Shown: positions 23,375-37,959, numbered from the whole stretch's first letter. The stretch: DNA of 63,988 nt, filler included, from Dugesia japonica (GCA_001938525.1; 6 parts of 6 records of this genome joined end to end with filler, not necessarily neighbours in it); one strand, 5' to 3'. The notes: generated by a model not told the origin, from the sequence alone. Made by a program: numbers and translations.

Positions 23375-26300
23375 TAATTTAATTATTTTTTGAAAATTCT
23401 TTATTGAAACAATATTTATTCATTTTTTTGATTTTTTTAAAAACATGATTATATATAAAACAAATTCTGATTATGCAAATAATTATGCAATCTCTCCAAT
23501 AAATCAAATAATATGGTCAAGGAAACATGAATATAGTTTTCAAACGTGTCTTCGCATTAAATTTAATGAATATTAAATTCCGAAATATAGGAAAATCGTA
23601 AAGTCTAACGATTAAGTTTTCTTCTCAAATATCATAAAATTACTTTAATGTCTTAAGCTTTAATAAACATAATTAAATTTGTCTAACTCTTCATAATGTC
23701 AAGCAAGGTAGGAAAACCGTATTAAACATAGTAGTTAGCGGAACAACAGGTCTGCCAAGCAGAAATCAAAAGGTTTCGCAAAACAAAAAAAACCGAATGA
23801 TGAGACTAAAACGATGAAAAAGAAAATGTCGGTATTTTGTGACAGATTAAGCGTCAGCCGCCGAATTGTTGTTGATTAACAACAATAAGATGTTGGTGGA
23901 GATTATAAACGTTATGCGGACCGTGAAACTAAGGTGCTCACCAACATCAAAACCTCGTGGAAGGAGCACGACAGTAAAAAGAACTCAAATCAAGATTGTT
24001 TCATAACAGAAGAAACAGTATTTGGGTCACTGTGATCACTGTATTCATAATAAATATATAGATTAGTCTTTTCGAGTTTTACTTATTTACAAGAAAATAG
24101 CTAACTAAGCAAGAACATCCGTAAAATAATATTCTAAAGACGGGTTACCACAAAGACCTGAATCACGGAGTATATGAACAACAAATGATGTGTTGCAAAA
24201 TTTCTTCCGGCTTCAGGGTGTCTACCCTTAGAAAATATATCGAGTTAATGAACGTAAATAGCAGATAAGAAAGAAAAGAATAACTACAAAAAGGTATCCA
24301 CACTAAAAGTAAATAACATCAAAAACCTCGAAGCCCAACATTATTATTANNNNNNNNNNNNNNNNNNNNNNNNNNNNNNNNNNNNNNNNNNNNNNNNNNN
24401 NNNNNNNNNNNNNNNNNNNNATATTTTCTTTCTTAATAAATGAAAAATTAAAGAAGAATAAAATAAAATAAGTATTTATATCAATAGTAAATAGTTATAA
24501 CATTTGAAGATTTAATATTTTCTATTAATTCTAATATTTTACTAATAACTGTGATTTCTATAATATTGTGCTTTATGCCAAATAATGTCAAAAATGAATT
24601 AAGCCCAGAAATGAAGTGTAATAATATGCTCATAAGAACAGTGCTAGATTGATTGCAAACTGAGATAACTAATACAATTTGCGATATTCATATCACTGAA
24701 AATTGTTATCCCAGTGGACAATGATCAGAACAATTTAATCTTGTTCTAACAGTTGGTTTGGATAAATCAGAAAATTACGTATTATATAAAATAAGCAAAT
24801 ATAGGATGATAATTACTTTGCTGAAATAGCTCATTTACAGTATGTTTAATTATATTAGTTATTTATTATTCGCTTTTGTAAAATTACAGTTATTATTGTT
24901 AAGTGAAACGCTCATTGTCGTTTGAATATATAAATCATAATTACTAAATATATTCATAAAAATATATTCAAATCCAAATGATAAATAAATGAAAACCATT
25001 ATTTTAACAAATTTTCATTTTTGTAACTTTTTTTTTATTTTAAATTTTTTAATTAAAATTTTATTTTATTTTTAACTTTGATTTTTGTAAATAAAACCTT
25101 AAATATATTTTAGATTAAATAAATTTAAGATTAATTTCTAGGATGTCCTTTCTTTAGAAAAACTTTTTCTTAATTTCTTTTGATATGCATCCCATTCCTA
25201 TTTCTTCAGATATATCGTATATCATGAGCATTCTCAATTCTCTGTTTGACCTTTTATATTTGTCTTAAATTTTGTTTTGTGCTTCTACTTTCACAATCAA
25301 ATCTTCCTTAACAACGTATTTCGTCATTGTTTGTTCTTCTGCGTTTTCTTTTGTTTCTATTTATTGAGATCGATAAATATTCGTATTACATGGAACCAAA
25401 TTACAAAAGTCGTCACAAACTTGTTAATAAACAGAATGCCTTAAGAATCAACATTGTGTTAAATAATCGTTTCAATTTAAAAGTGCTTATAATACGACAT
25501 CTTCGTGAAACTATAATTTACCAAAATAACATCTATGATTTCGATCAATACACTTGCGCATTTAAAGTTTATGTCAGTAGGAACAAAATTTCCCGAAAAC
25601 TTTATCGATAATCTTCTTAAAGAAATTTATAATTTGAATAATAGTTATTATAAAAGATAAACCACTCAATGATGGAGGTGGAGATTGGAAATCTAAGTTG
25701 CCAATCACATAGAACCTTAAAAAAGCAACATTTAAACTAAACCATAGAGAGTAAGCGTCAAACAGTAAAAATTTTAAAAATGAAAATCCAAGCGCGTCAT
25801 CTCTAATTCAGAATTGCTACAAATCTTATTTAAATATATCTGTCCTATATCTACTTTTGGTATTAGAACTAAAAGCACAAGACAGTAATTTCATTTCAGA
25901 AAAAATTACCTTCAAGCAATTTATATTTATTGATTCTGTGATTTGTATCATTTCAAATACTGAAGTCTGGTGCCTATTAATTTACTCAAAGTATAAGATC
26001 TGTTATATCTTTGATTTTTGCCAAATATGAATCAGCAAGCGTCTCAGTTCGATTAGTTAAATCATCATTGAATATCTAAACAAATTTCTAATAAACAAAC
26101 GTTTCAATTATACTAAATCTCGTGGGACTAATCACCCACAATTTGTCTCTTCTGATTATATATTCTTTGCATCAACATTTACAGTGCAAATTGAAAAACT
26201 TTTACATAATCGTATATTTGCAATAAAGATTGAATACAATTCACTTAAACCGCTGAATATTAAGTTATGTGAAGATATTATAACATCTCTAAACTCTATA

Positions 26301-26439
26301 AAATGGGAAATCAACAATAGTATTCTTCACAAATTTATTGAAGTCTTGAACTTATCTTTCAATCATATTTTACTCGATAGCACCATGTGTGATGCAATAC
26401 TCAAAGGAAGCACGTAATAAATTTTGGATTTCTTAAATT

Positions 26440-26790
26440 TTGACTGCTACATTTGGCCACAGTGCTCTTTGCCAATTGCTCTATATATACAAAGTTATAT
26501 ACAAAGTGCTTGCTTCAATTCCTGCTAGAAGACTAACACAATAGATAAATATTCATGGCCTATTATATATTGATCAAAAGGTGGGTCCGAAGACGAAATA
26601 TGTGTAGCGCACAAATTATATACTGCCATCTACTCTAAATCCTTCCAAATTTAGCACTCGCACACCACTCACTATTGCTTGGCTGGACATTAAAAACGTC
26701 GTTGATAGTGTGCCAGATATCTACTTATGGAACATTCCTGGGGATATTGAAGTATTAAATGGATTTTAAAAATTTCTGGAAACACTAAAT
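26440..26790 (+). mobile_element. Non-LTR retrotransposon RT fragment (RLE clade, R2/NeSL-like); remnant probably spans about 25850-27850
   Basis: PIAL...IYKVLASIPARRLTQ*INIHGLLYIDQKGGSEDEICVAH...LTIAWLDIKNVVDSVPDIYLWNI matches RT domains 1-3 (WRPIAL, QKGF, AWLDxxNAFDSVPH). Confidence 0.75.
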
Positions 26791-28120
26791 TGTTCTACTG
26801 TCGTGGCTCTATTGTTGCACTGACATATTCATTTTCAAAGGAGTCATATTTCTTTGGTTTTATTAGTTATTGCAATACGTTGATGATATTGCTCCCATTT
26901 CAAACAATGAAACTATTATTAAAAAAACAGTTAAAACAACTGAAATCATTGGATTTCAATATCGTCCAGAAAAATGTCATTTCTTCAATTACCAATCACA
27001 AACGACAGCAGCAAAATTATCATTTTAAACCAATATATCTAAAAGCTAATGACAGATAAATAATATTAATGAAGGCGAAAATAAATCAAAGCCGATATGA
27101 AATAATTGAAGGTGTGATTTCTGACCTTTATAGATGGCAAAAACTTAAAGCTTATAAAATATTTTTGTATTATCTATCTATGTAAATCTATTTAATCACT
27201 TAACTCATTACTCAAAATCACTGTGCAACATATCCCTGTCTTTTTCCTTTTCCTTGTCTTATTCTTCTGCTTAGTCGTCATCACCACCAACATAATAATC
27301 ATCAACAGCTTATGGTTGCTTGAATTTCTTTAAATTTCCTTTTTACTTTTCTTACAAGTTTAGATGTCATGGCTATATCAACTTTGCTAATCATGCAGTG
27401 TCGACATCTATTCTGATTTACCCAAATATTTCCATTCAATTACGGATATTTTACAAGAAAACTTGCATCCTTATTGATTTTTATCTGCAATTCCAGCACT
27501 ATAACACTTACATACGTCAAAATATTTTTCTAATGATTGTATTTTATCTTCAAATTCTGAAAATGACCTACTTTTCAATGGATATTTATCTACGTTGTGC
27601 AAGTAAAATAAGTATCTTCACGCGAACCACAATCACACTGAACTTAGTTGATGGAATACTTGCTTTATCATAGACCTATTTTCCTTGGTTAGCAATAACA
27701 TTTGCTCAATTATTCGGTCTAGACAACCTTTTATCATTATGTAGGTAAGACAAATAACACCTGACAATGTATAAACAAATTGGATATTGATTTCTAGGTA
27801 GTACAGCTGGATCACCAAACGGATGCATGCTTGATTTTACTTATTTAATAGTAGCACATGTTGTCATATTTGAATCAAAATATATACACACCTACATTTC
27901 AAATTGCCCTTTTAAATTGAACCTGAAGTTACTTCATTTAACTTGAATATTATATGTCTTCAAATATTACCCAAAGTCTATTCATGTTTCAATCGATTTG
28001 ACATTAATAGTATTTGTCATNNNNNNNNNNNNNNNNNNNNNNNNNNNNNNNNNNNNNNNNNNNNTTAATTAATTAANNNNNNNNNNNNNNNNNNNNNNNN
28101 NNNNNNNNNNNNNNNNNNNN

Positions 28121-28185
<65 letters not shown>

Positions 28186-29613
28186 TTATCAATTACTACT
28201 ATCACTTTTTAAAACAATTTGTAGTATTTTATTATCGTTTCAATTTAACAAAGTGATTCTATTAAAACTGAAAATTTTCTGGTGAGGCTTTGTTTTCCAA
28301 AAATATTGATAATAACTATTATTTAAAAAAACTTTTGTTTAAATATGGACTAAACACTTGTACTGATTTAATCGAATGGGTCAATAGCATAAAATAAATT
28401 TCTGGTAATTTTCCCATTAAATGGCATTATTTTAATGGTTGAAAAGTTTTATTGCATTTATTCTGGATAATAAAGATAAATATTTGTATTAATTCTTAAA
28501 CATTTTTAGTAATTATTGGTAAATTATTAAAGTTTTCCTGAATAGTACATTTGATTCATTAGTAAACATTAAAGTTTCGCATAAAATGAATATTTTGTAG
28601 TATAAATATATTAAAAAAATAATAGTACTTTAGAATAGTGCATTCTCGACTTTATATTCATCTGATTAGCTATACCGTATCGTTTTATAGTTCTTGGCGA
28701 TGAAACCATCACATCTATAAGGATTCTTGAATGTTAATACACGTCATGTAAGTTCTTTCAACTTCTTTTAGAAATATTCTGTATTATTAATTGTATGGAG
28801 CTTTCGTCAATAGACCATCAAAAGAAAACTCCAAATCAGCTAGCAGATTCTTAATTCAAATTACCAGATGCACTGGGTTGTTGGTTAGTTCGCATTGGGA
28901 AACATCCTCGTGTATTACCCATAACATCACGGTAGAAGTCTTACTAGCTAATATCCCAAATACACCCGATTTACGCTGTCCGACTGAATCAATTGATCCA
29001 GTCAAGCGGTTTTTTTGTTTGACTCTTACATAGATTGATATATTTATCGCGTCGTTTAACTCTTTAGCTACCTAAAACATCACTATTTGAAGCAATTCAT
29101 ATTTTTTCATTAATAATTAATTAACTACGTTTGACATTTAGTAATTATTCAATTTTCCCGATAGATATTTTACCATTTATTTGAGAGGAGTCGACCATCA
29201 TCAATATGCAAAATATCTGGAAAATTAGCATATTTAATTTTTAACAAAAATTAATTCAATCTTAAACAGTTTAATAGAAGTCATAATCTTAACAAAATAA
29301 TGAAATCAGTTGGTAAAATATATTTATCATCCAAATGATTAGCCATAATTTGAATAAAATTCCAAATTTATATTTCAAACGAAAATATTATACTAAACTC
29401 TCAGTATTTTCTTTAAATAAACTATTTTTTTTTTCAATGAAAGCTGACTGTTTTCTTTATACGAATTTTAATTGTAAATTAAAATGAATGACTATAGCTA
29501 ANNNNNNNNNNATTTTTCAAAATTCTAATATTACAACTATGTTGATGGAAATGTGGGAAAGTGAAGTAATGGAATGTGTGGATTTTCACACGTCATTACA
29601 AATAATCACCGCC

Positions 29614-30240
29614 TAGGGTTCGGGATGGAAATTAAACGGCACGCGAGCTTAACATGACACATCGGAAAATTTTCCTGGTACGCCAAAATATTTAGAATAT
29701 CAATAGGAATAAATAATAAATAAATAAATAAATTCTTTCTACTTGCAATTGGTTATTAAGTAATAAATTTGTGTTTTAATTTAAATACAAACAATTAATA
29801 ATCACTTGATTAAAATGATATCAATAAAAGGCAGAAATTACAATATTTACGAAGCTTTGTAAATACTTGGACTTCTGATTTCGACTTTCTTTAATATGGA
29901 GATAAGAGCCGTTGAGGTCTGTGATCTGAATTTATTGCATGGCAAATGTCATCTATCAAGCGACATTTTGAAATTCAATATAACGAAATTGCCGATTAAA
30001 ATATTGAGGAAAGAACAAAGAAGTTCTGTTGGCACGTAATCCACAAATTACCTGAAAGATAACTGAAATTTGTCGAAATTTATCTTGTTTTCCTTGATTT
30101 CAAATCCGCATAATTAATCGATACATCTAGTATTTATTAAACGAAAATTATTCATGCACTTTGTATGAAAACACGAGGATTTGGCACTTGAAAAAATTGC
30201 ATTAATATTCTTTTTAATTTTGGCACGAGGCCAAATAAAA
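29614..30240 (+). mobile_element. hAT (SPIN/GTF2IRD2-like) remnant
   Basis: GGCACG subterminal motifs at both ends; internal degenerate NTWTSDF...VC.IC..IA....SSIKRHFE zinc-finger region. Confidence 0.45.
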
Positions 30241-30627
30241 CAGCTGAGAAATTCCAATTCAACAAAACAATAATATTATACTAAAAAAAGGTATTGCAAA
30301 AATTTTTGAAAAAATACTTTAAAATAATTATAGTCAAATTTCTTACTAATCCTCCAAAGTTTTTCCGTACACCAAAATAACGTCCAGATATACAATAACT
30401 CCTTTGAAAATTAATCCGTCCAATAACTCGTGCATTAACTTTTGAAAAGTGGCCGGTGCTGTAGCTAATCCAAAAGACATTCGGTTAAATCTGAATTGAC
30501 CTTCCTTTGTAGTAAGAAATTTGACTATAATCATTTTAAAGTATTTTTTCAAAAATTTTTACAATACCTTTTTTTAGTATAATATTATTGTTTTGTGGAA
30601 TTGGAATTTCTCAGCTGTTTTATTTGG
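30231..30627. repeat. 118-bp inverted repeats enclosing a 165-bp Gypsy RT fragment
   Basis: Arms 30231-30348 and 30510-30627 differ at about 3 positions. The insert 30347-30511 matches 34246-34410 with about 6 mismatches. Confidence 0.9.
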
Positions 30628-31689
30628 TTAAAGATAGACAAATACTATAACACAGAAAGTTGTCAAATCATCATACAAAGAGTTTTTTGAAACAAAAGAG
30701 TTTTGGAGTTATTTTATTTTTCTTTTCCGAAAAAAAATTTTCAGCATTTTTTTAATGTAAAATAAATTTTATTTTATACTAAAATATAATTCCTAAATGT
30801 ATGTTGTCAAACAATTTTTATTAAAAAATTTTTTACTTTTTGTTGCGCTGAGTTTCATAAATGTTTTACAAATAATTCGTATATTTTTAGTTGTTTTCTT
30901 TTTCATCTTTGTTTGAAATGAATCGGTATTTTATATTGTAACAAACATATATGAATATTATGAAAATTTTAAATACAATGAAATTTTCTACGAGAGTTTT
31001 TAATCATCATTTTACAGAAGCATTATGTTTTCTAAGTAAATTGCTGAATATTTCATTACAAAATAAGCTATAGTTTATCTGCCATTTTATAAATTGTTTG
31101 TGTTAAATTTTTAAATGTATGTATATGACGAAAGAAATTACTAGAAAATTTATTATAAATGTAAATCTCGTAGATAGATAAATTTAGCTNAAATGAATGT
31201 CTGGATTTTGTATAAGCAAACAACTAGAAAATAGATTTTAAAAAATGAAAAAATATATATTATAATAATTATAAATTATTTTAATTTGATATAAAAAACG
31301 ATATAAAAATTACTAAAATAAAATATCATTTTTTCAATATCTAGTCTTATATTTCCAAAGTTTTTTGTGGCTAAAATGTAATTTGGGTGCTTTATAATTA
31401 TAAATTTTTTAATTAATTATAAAATTTTTAACAAAATTATAACAAATAAAAAAAAGTATTTTTTTTGAAAACTTTGTTATTTTATTTGAAAGAACTTTGC
31501 AAATTTTTCAAGTAAACACTTTTTAATTATTTAAATACAATGTCCAAGATAATATTTAAACGTTTTATAATTAACTGTTTTTTGAATTGTTTTTGTTTAA
31601 ATAAATTAATTTAAAAAATTTTCATATTAAAAATATTTAACTTTATTTAAACAATTGAAATTTTATAGTTTTTTAAAGAAACTCTTTAT

Positions 31690-31890
31690 TTTACAATTAC
31701 AATTATTGCGAGATTAATTGTTGGACGTAACCATTGATCGTTTTTCAGAATTCATTAAAACTTCGATGAATTTTGTTTTTGATAATAAATTTAATTGAAA
31801 AAAAGTCAATTCCTAACGAATACAAAGTCAAAAATTAGAATTATTATCAAAAACAGTTTGATTGAAGTTTTTATTTTAATAAACTCTTTT
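31690..31890. mobile_element. Penelope-tail repeat (copy 4, minus) plus an inverted partial pLTR (plus)
   Basis: 31690-31785 is the ~100-bp repeat. 31798-31890 (AAAAAGTCAATTCCTAACGAATACAAAGTCAAAAATTAGAA...TTGATTGAAGTTTTTATTTTAAT) matches the reverse complement of 43055-43155. Confidence 0.65.
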
Positions 31891-32269
31891 TAATTCTTAA
31901 GAAAATCAAAACTAAAATCTCTAAATATTTGGCTACATAATTAATATCTTCTTAGAAAATTATTACAAGAAAATAGTGCTTCCGTTTGCCACACATCCCG
32001 GGATCCCGATAAATTTCTCAATGCAAAACCTCAATTACTTAATAATAAAAAATCCACAGTATAACTGAAAATAAAAATTATTCATATTACTAAATTAAAC
32101 ATCTTGTTGCGCTGGAATTTATTTTAGTATTAAGTCTATTTTTTACAACTAATATAAAAACTTTTAAGAAACATCAAAATATCTAATAAAAGATCGCCTA
32201 ATGACGAACGCTATAATGTACAAAATAGCAATTCAATCTATTCGACTGCTTTCCTGCTAAATCATCTTC

Positions 32270-33115
32270 TCAAATTTCTTATACATTTTCAGAATAATCA
32301 AAATAATCATTACTAGATGAATCACTATCAATATTGGCATAAATTACCATGTTTTCATTTTTGCTATTGTATAAACATTCATTACTGCTAAATTGAAGTN
32401 CGTGATTATAACATAACTGATGGAGTAAAGGAGAAATTTTACCATATTTCACTAGTACGACGGCACCATCAATAGTGGATCCTACAATATCAGACAAAGT
32501 CAATTCGAAAGTGAGGAATTTTTCGTTAAGCAAATTTAAACATTTCTCGGCTGGACAATTTCCGTCGATTCTAATAAGGCTTAGATTTTGAAATTTATTG
32601 TTCTCATAATGAATATTTACATTTTTGATATCGTTTGTGCATTTTTACTTGTCCATTCATCTAGAGTTATATTAAATTTTCAATTTGTGCTTTTAAACAA
32701 AATTGTAGTTTCAATTATTTGTTGTTATGTCATTTNATAATAATTAAATATTAGATTCGTAATTCACGTATTGCTTTTAAGTAATTGAAAGCTTTTGCAA
32801 AATTAATGATTCTCTGATGAAGCTGTTTATTTGAGTTCATTGAAAAACCATCGATTGACATCAGTTTTGTCACAATCTTGCACAATGTTTGTTTTTCGTT
32901 TGATAGAACAGTTGTAAATTTATTTACTTTACCTTTTTTTACTATTGTTTACATCACCAGAGATTTTCATTTTCATGTCAATTTTTATTAGGGAAAGAAG
33001 ATACCTTCTTAGTCCACTGGTGAATGATCCTTTATATTGTATTCATTTATCGGATTTATTGCAAATTACAACATCAGTTTTATCTATGATAAAATATTTT
33101 CATTTGCAAATTAGT
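32270..33115 (-). mobile_element. hAT (hATm-like) transposase remnant
   Basis: BED-like KYF...VIC.....IQYKGSFTSGLRRYL; LDEWTS...NVNIH...FQNLSLIRIDGNCPAEKCL...IVGSTIDGA...HQLCYNHxLQ. Confidence 0.7.
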
Positions 33116-33149
33116 TTTCTTCCTAAAGTTGAATTTTCTATGATATGAC

Positions 33150-36027
33150 AGTTACAAAATATCCTGGTCCTCTATCATATTTCAATAACAACTCGCTGAA
33201 TAGAATATTTATTAAATAACAATAATAACGTTAATTCGTATTATTCAAACAACGGTATTTTGAATTTCTATAACTCTCCTCTCCTTCAAAACGTTTTTCA
33301 TCTTTTTAGCCACTTTATCATTCTTGTTTTCAAATCATTTGGAAACTTGATTTTTACTTGATGTGTTGATACAAACATCCTCATATGTTATGGTCCTTCA
33401 TACAGCAAACCGTTTTTCTTTTGTTTGTTTTTCTACTCGGACTAATACCCACTCTCCCTCTTTAAAGTNNNNNNNNNNNNNNNNNNNNNNNNNNNNNNNN
33501 NNNNNNNNNNNNNNNNNNTCTTTGTCCTCGCTTATCTTTAACGAAATTTTTCATTTTCTCCCAAATTCTCCATCCACGTCTGGAATTGGGGACTGATTGG
33601 TTTCTTTGTGTTATTCAGAAACACCAATGCTTTGTAGTCCGATCTTACTAGAAATCTCTTTCCATATAGATATTGTTTGAATTGTTGTAGAGATTTATGT
33701 ATATCTAATAGTTCTTTCCATGTCAGACAGTATCATTTTTCATGAGCTGTCAAGTTTCTGTATCCATACGCTATTACCACTTCTTTTTTCTTTTTGCATT
33801 GACTAAGGACTGAACCCCATAGCCACAAAAACGGGCGTCAGTGTGTAGAATGAACATCCAATCCTCCATGTGATATTCTAATACTGAAGCGCTACATAAC
33901 TTGTCTTTTAATGCATTGAAACTGTTCTGGAATGCTTCTGCTCAAACTAATAGTTTGTTGCAATCTGAAGTTGCTTCATATAAAGGAGCTGCTATCTTTG
34001 CATAACTTTTTTTGAAACGCATGTAATATTTTGTTAGTCCGATAAACGAACGGAGTTTTGAAGAACATTCTGAAACTATAGAATTCTTAATCTCCTGAAT
34101 CTTAACTTCATTGGTGCGTATACCAGTTGCACTAACTGTATATCCCAATAATAACACTTCTTTCTGATAAAACTTACATTTCTCTGGGTTTATTCTTAAT
34201 CCCAAGTCTTTGATCCTGTAAAAGACTGTCTCTAATATTTTGCCGTAATCCTCCAAAGTTTTTCCGTACACCAAAATAACGTCCAGATTTACAATAACTT
34301 CTTTGAAAATTAATCCCTCCAATAACTCGTGCATTAACTTTTGAAAAGTGGCCGGTGCTGTAGCTAATCCAAAAGACATTCGGTTAAATCTTAATTAACC
34401 TTTCTTTGTACTGAAATCAGTGACATCCCTTGACTTTTCCGCTAACTCCACTTGGTAATAATCTTGACCCAGATCAATCGATGAAAATATTTTCGAGCCA
34501 GATAAACAATCTAATAATAACTGAATGTCTGGCATTAGAAAAAAGACTTTTTCTGTCCTCAAATTAACTTCTCTTTAATCTACGCACATTCTTATCGAGC
34601 CGTCTTTTTTATCCACAATAAGTTATGGAGAATTCCAAGAACTACTACACTTGCTGATCACACTAATCTTTGCTAATTCTTTAATCATATCTTCAATTTT
34701 CTTTTCTATATGCATCGGCTGTCTTCTGGGGTGCTGTACTATTGGATCTCCTTAAACTTTTATTTCATGTATTACTTTTCTCGTATGCCCAATATCGAAC
34801 TTTGAAGCCATGAATATGTCATCGAAATTCTGGATCAACTGAACCATTTTTCTGTTATCTATTTCTTTAAACAACTTCAACGTGTAATTTTTTCTATCTT
34901 CGTCAGAATGTGTTATCTTCAGACAATGTGCTATCAAACAAGATCTAAAATTATGTCCAGACTTGCCGCAAATTAAACATTTGTCTTTTAATGAGCATTG
35001 ATATTGTTTATCGGTTATGTTCTCCGCATCAAACCCATTGTCCTTCTTAGAGTTTCTCTTCACGAGGTTCTAGAAATCTTCTGTTTATTAAAATAACATC
35101 TTGCCAAATATTTCATTGATACTGTTGGTTTTGGCCTCATAACCTGTGTTCTATTTTGTATCATCACTAATTATGTGTTCCTCTCATATACTCTTTTTAC
35201 TGGCAAATTATTTACATATATTTTATGTCTATCCACTTCAACTCTATTTGTGTATAGTTTAACTACATTTGCAAAACTCGTCTTTTATGAATCATACAGA
35301 TATCTTCCTTTTCGGTGATTCGTTGATAATGTTCCTTGTCCTCGTAAATCTTTGCTAGGGATCTGATTTTCGTTATCTTAATATCAGGACGTGTTATCAA
35401 TGGTTCTCTCAACTTTGTATTTTTCACCCTCTTTGACAGTACGTTTTTAATTATCTCATCTTTACTTAGTCCTGAATTCATGACATTATCTATCAAATTT
35501 CTTACTCTGATTTCCAATGTTGCGAATCTTTCACCAATCTTTTGTTTTGCCATTGCTTATTCTAAAATCAGCTCTGAAAACGATTTTTTTTTATCATAAA
35601 TGTGTATGTGAACCATCATTTGGCTTCTTCCGTTGTGATCTAAATCTTTTTTAAATCTTTCCAAAGAATTCCTGCTTCATTTGACAATAGTAGCTCAAAG
35701 ATATCCAACAAATAGAAATCGTTAACGATAGTTCCCTCCTCGATATCCTTAAACCATTTCGAAGCTTCTTCTCCACCTTTCCCATCATATTTCCTTACAT
35801 TAAAATTTACTAGTTTTTGCCCTTTTTATGGTAACGTATCTAAAATTGCTTTCCGTTGATGATGTTGCCTTGTCACCGCATTTACAATTCTGGCGTGATT
35901 ACCAGTTACAATATCCTTGTCCTCTATCATATTTCAATAACAACTCGCTGATTAGAATATTTATTAAATAACAATAATAACGCTAATTCGTATTATTCAA
36001 ACCACGTTATTTTGAATTTCTATAATT
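33150..36027 (-). mobile_element. Ty3/Gypsy LTR retrotransposon, internally deleted, with ~125-bp LTRs
   Basis: LTRs 33150-33275 and 35904-36027 (AGTTA...TAACT termini, roughly 93% similar); PBS-like TGGTAATC overlapping the 5' LTR end; PPT GAAGGAGAGGAG; gag with CLICGKSGHNFRSC knuckle; RT (IRMCVD, MSFGLATAPATFQ, NLDV) and RNase H start; no integrase seen. Confidence 0.9.
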
Positions 36028-36476
36028 TGGACTATTTTTCTTTTATTTTTATTAAATATTTCATTATACGCGTTTGATATTAAAGTATGCCATTTATCTT
36101 TTAAAATTTCACAAAGAACATATTATTTATTAATTAAAAAATATTAATCTGTTATTTACTGGTTTTATTTATAATTAACTCTTAATTTAACTCAAAATGT
36201 TAAGTAGAATAAAACTCCATAATTCTATTATACTACGGTAAATATAGAAGAGTTGATTTAAAAATAAAAAGAAAATAAAACTACATGTGCTATTTTCAAT
36301 GAAAAATTTTTCATTAGTTTTTCAAAAGTTCAGATATGAAAAATTGTTTACATTATTATGAGATATTATTTAATAGNNNNNNNNNNNNNNNNNNNNNNNN
36401 NNNNNNNNNNNNNNNNNNNNTTAATTAATTAANNNNNNNNNNNNNNNNNNNNNNNNNNNNNNNNNNNNNNNNNNNN

Positions 36477-36542
<66 letters not shown>

Positions 36543-37229
36543 ATAATCATGATAATAACAATAATAAAAATGATTATAATAATGATAATAAAAATGTTAG
36601 AAAAATATTTTAAGTTAGAAACGTCAATCTCTTTAACTAGACGTAGAAAATATTAAATTTTAACATTTAAGTAAAACTCTAAATCCATATAGAAAATGAA
36701 ATCCAATTTAATATGGTAATGAAATATAATATTTATTTATTTAATAGATTGCATTAATTTTTTAAAATAACTTTTAATAATAATATTTATTTTAAAATTT
36801 AAATTAATTGAAATTAATTTAACTTCTAAAATAATTTTTAATTTATATGTTTTATTAACTTCAATATGTTAAAATTATACAATGAAATAATACCGTAAAT
36901 AATTAATTCATGTTTTATGGGCTTATTTTTATAATAAAAAAGATCTTCATAGAAACGTATATTTTATCTTCAAAAAAAATTAATTATTATAATTCTTATA
37001 TCAAAAAGATAAAATTAAAAGACCAAAAAAAATTATTATGTGAAATTTTTTTAAAAAATGAATATAAATATTTCAAAAAAACTCCAACAATTTACTTGTT
37101 ATGAATTTTATCCAATAATATTACCATAATTATTATTGGTAGTTATTATTTTTCTTTTTGCATCTTTATATAAAAAGAATACATATCATTAACCGTCAAC
37201 TGTTTGATTTGCGCATTTAATAACATCAA

Positions 37230-37900
37230 TGCTGATACCTCACTCATAGCCACCGAATGTTAATGGCTAAAATTTATTATGCGCCAATGATTTTGCCTGA
37301 AACTGTTGAAAAACGTTGGTTAACAAGAACACATCCAACTTTAAATATTTCAGCATATAGTCCAATAGGTTCTTACATCCAGTTATTTCCCACATTTCTA
37401 ATGCTTTTAATGCCGCGTTTAATGATTAATTTATAAATTGATAACTGTTGATCTAATTGTTGTTTTTGTGAAAAATCAAACATAGGAACTTTTCACATGT
37501 TGTTGAAATACATGAGATTTTACATTCCGGAAATTTATTTAACCCATATTTGAGAATATGATGAGATTATGAAATTTTTTCAAAATGAAAATTCTCGTCA
37601 AGTTCCAATCCTGATTCACAATCAGCATATATTACATATATCGGAGTAATATAAATAAATAATATCGGAATAACCTGTAAACTCTAATTTCTTTTCGGTT
37701 CACATGATATACAGAGTTGTGCATGTTTGTATTCTGCTGCAAATTGACTCAGGTTTCACATAAGTATCTTCATCTCTAAATCCGTTGAGACAATTAAAAC
37801 AAGTAGAGGGATAGTAGTACTCTACACCAACACTCCCTTGTGTGTAAAAATGATTACATAACTTTTTCAATGTAAATAGGCGGCGACAAACATTTGTGTG
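37230..37900 (-). pseudogene. Polinton protein-primed PolB fragment (N-terminal/exonuclease region)
   Basis: CFNCLNGF, PIYVIYADCES, ISCISTTCEKFL and KALEMWEITGCKNLLDYMLKYLKLDVFLLTNVFQQF. Confidence 0.75.
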
Positions 37901-37959
37901 TATTACATTACTTTTGCTCGTTTTTTGGAATAGTTTACCGAATTAATTAAAAATTTTAC

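Noticed and set aside
23700-24345. Possible R4/Dong-like LINE fragment (YHKDLNHGVY) before an (ATT)n tract
   Set aside because: Similarity is too weak to support by eye.
31690-31785. Spliced-leader RNA interpretation of the three-hairpin ~100-nt repeat (AATTTTG follows one copy)
   Set aside because: No conserved donor site or Sm site across copies, and linkage to the Penelope 3' end explains it better.
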